Positions 63,360-64,000 of a DNA stretch of 64,000 nt are shown in pieces. Below the pieces are notes generated by a model. That model was given only the letters and a program-made list of their open reading frames with translations. It was not told the DNA's origin and made no database searches. Both the position numbers and the translations under genes were made by a program. Every line of letters begins with the position of its first letter. The stretch's first letter is position 1. This DNA is from a virus (taxonomy: Duplodnaviria; Heunggongvirae; Uroviricota; Caudoviricetes), in IMG/VR virus record IMGVR_UViG_3300042346_001601; one strand, 5' to 3'.

Positions 63360-63854
63360 ATGCAAACTTCTTTAGCAGAAAAAGACAAAGATTTTTACCT
63401 TCAGGATTCAACTTCGGAATTTGAAATAGAAGAAGCTGAAGTGGAAATTTCTCCCGAAGAAATAGAAGATCCTTCTGAAGAACCAGAAGATCTGGGTACA
63501 ATCGATTTCCAAATTTCATCAGATGAGGAAGAGGATCCGGATGAAAGAGAAGAAGACAAAGGGGAAGAGGACGAAGAGGAGAGCGACGAAGAAGAAGAGG
63601 TCCAGAGTATAGAATATAGCGAAGTCGATGACGAGGATGATGATGAAGATGATGAAGATGATGAAGATGATGATGAAGATGAAACAGATTACGAAGAAGA
63701 GGAAATGCTAACTGAACCTTTTCTCGGAGATGAAGATTCCGAAGAAGAGGACGAAGAAGAGGACGAAGAAGATGAAGAGGACGAAGAATCTTCATCGGAT
63801 GAAAGAACCCCAATCCTAAGTTTCAAAGATTTTATTAAAAAAACTAGGAAATAA
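63360..63854 (+). CDS. highly acidic Asp/Glu-rich protein
   Basis: 164 aa, >50% D/E (DDEDDDEDDEDDEDDDEDETDYEEEE...); divergent from upstream minus gene; minus-strand mirror ORF (His/Leu-rich) judged a shadow. Confidence 0.4.
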   Translation: MQTSLAEKDKDFYLQDSTSEFEIEEAEVEISPEEIEDPSEEPEDLGTIDFQISSDEEEDPDEREEDKGEEDEEESDEEEEVQSIEYSEVDDEDDDEDDEDDEDDDEDETDYEEEEMLTEPFLGDEDSEEEDEEEDEEDEEDEESSSDERTPILSFKDFIKKTRK

Positions 63855-63862
63855 TCCTAGAA

Positions 63863-64000
63863 TCAATCGTCGGAGGTTGTGCTTCTGCCCAGGTCTCTCC
63901 GAATCAATTTTCTAACGTAGTGAGAAATAGAAACCGGAGGATCGCCCTTGGTTAGAGCTTGCTTTGAGATCTTTTTGCCAAGTTCTTCCAGATCTTCAGA
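63863..64000 (-). CDS. partial CDS (C-terminal fragment; gene continues beyond window end)
   Basis: ...ALTKGDPPVSISHYVRKLIRRDLGRSTTSDD then TGA at 63863-63865. Confidence 0.3.
   Translation of the reverse strand, partial: SEDLEELGKKISKQALTKGDPPVSISHYVRKLIRRDLGRSTTSDD

Noticed and set aside
63358-63813. Minus-strand His/Leu-rich ORF (LHHLHHLHHH) mirrored to the acidic plus-strand ORF
   Set aside because: Mirror of GAT/GAA repeats; the plus-strand ORF has the cleaner start and divergent arrangement. Strand remains uncertain
1-64000. CRISPR array / spacer-repeat structure
   Set aside because: No regularly spaced direct repeats seen; the only short tandem repeats are the coding (PKPx)n repeat at 60235-60312 and GAT/GAA runs at 63600-63800

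Overview
AT-rich, very gene-dense window with long co-directional gene blocks: minus strand from about 450 to 57,950, plus strand 58,049 to 62,139, then minus again. I read it as part of a large virulent bacteriophage (jumbo or T4-like) or a very phage-like element. The reasons are overlapping or abutting small ORFs, freestanding GIY-YIG and HNH homing endonucleases, a thyA gene split by an HNH endonuclease ORF, RNA-repair genes and expanded small paralog families. A bacterial setting is supported by a clear tmRNA (ssrA) whose tag reading frame ends ...VALAA-UAA, LSSC lipoprotein signals, and rho-independent terminators. Canonical Shine-Dalgarno sequences are absent, and a recurrent upstream motif CGTATATTT(G/A) resembles the Bacteroidetes -7 promoter element TAnnTTTG, so a Bacteroidetes-type host is a weak inference. 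Recognisable genes: split thymidylate synthase (ThyA N- and C-fragments); a second divergent thymidylate-synthase-fold enzyme with a cytosine-type Asp substitution; two RNA ligases (an Rnl1-like and a DraRnl/NgrRnl 'Rnl5'-like, called Rnl5-like below); a split polynucleotide kinase/3'-phosphatase; RpiB; type II glutamine synthetase; thioredoxin; a ClpC-like AAA+ unfoldase lacking the N-domain; an SPFH lipoprotein; a lambda-type PPP phosphatase; a GH19-like lysin; a secreted DRGH nuclease; and a 13-kb cluster of sugar-modifying enzymes (2x GT2, GT-A, DegT aminotransferase, GNAT, FkbM and CmcI-type methyltransferases, a cupin isomerase) that encloses the second TS-like gene. Most remaining ORFs are small hypothetical proteins, and many plus-strand ORFs inside the minus-strand block are frame shadows. 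No CRISPR array was seen. All homology calls are by-eye motif recognition, with no database search.
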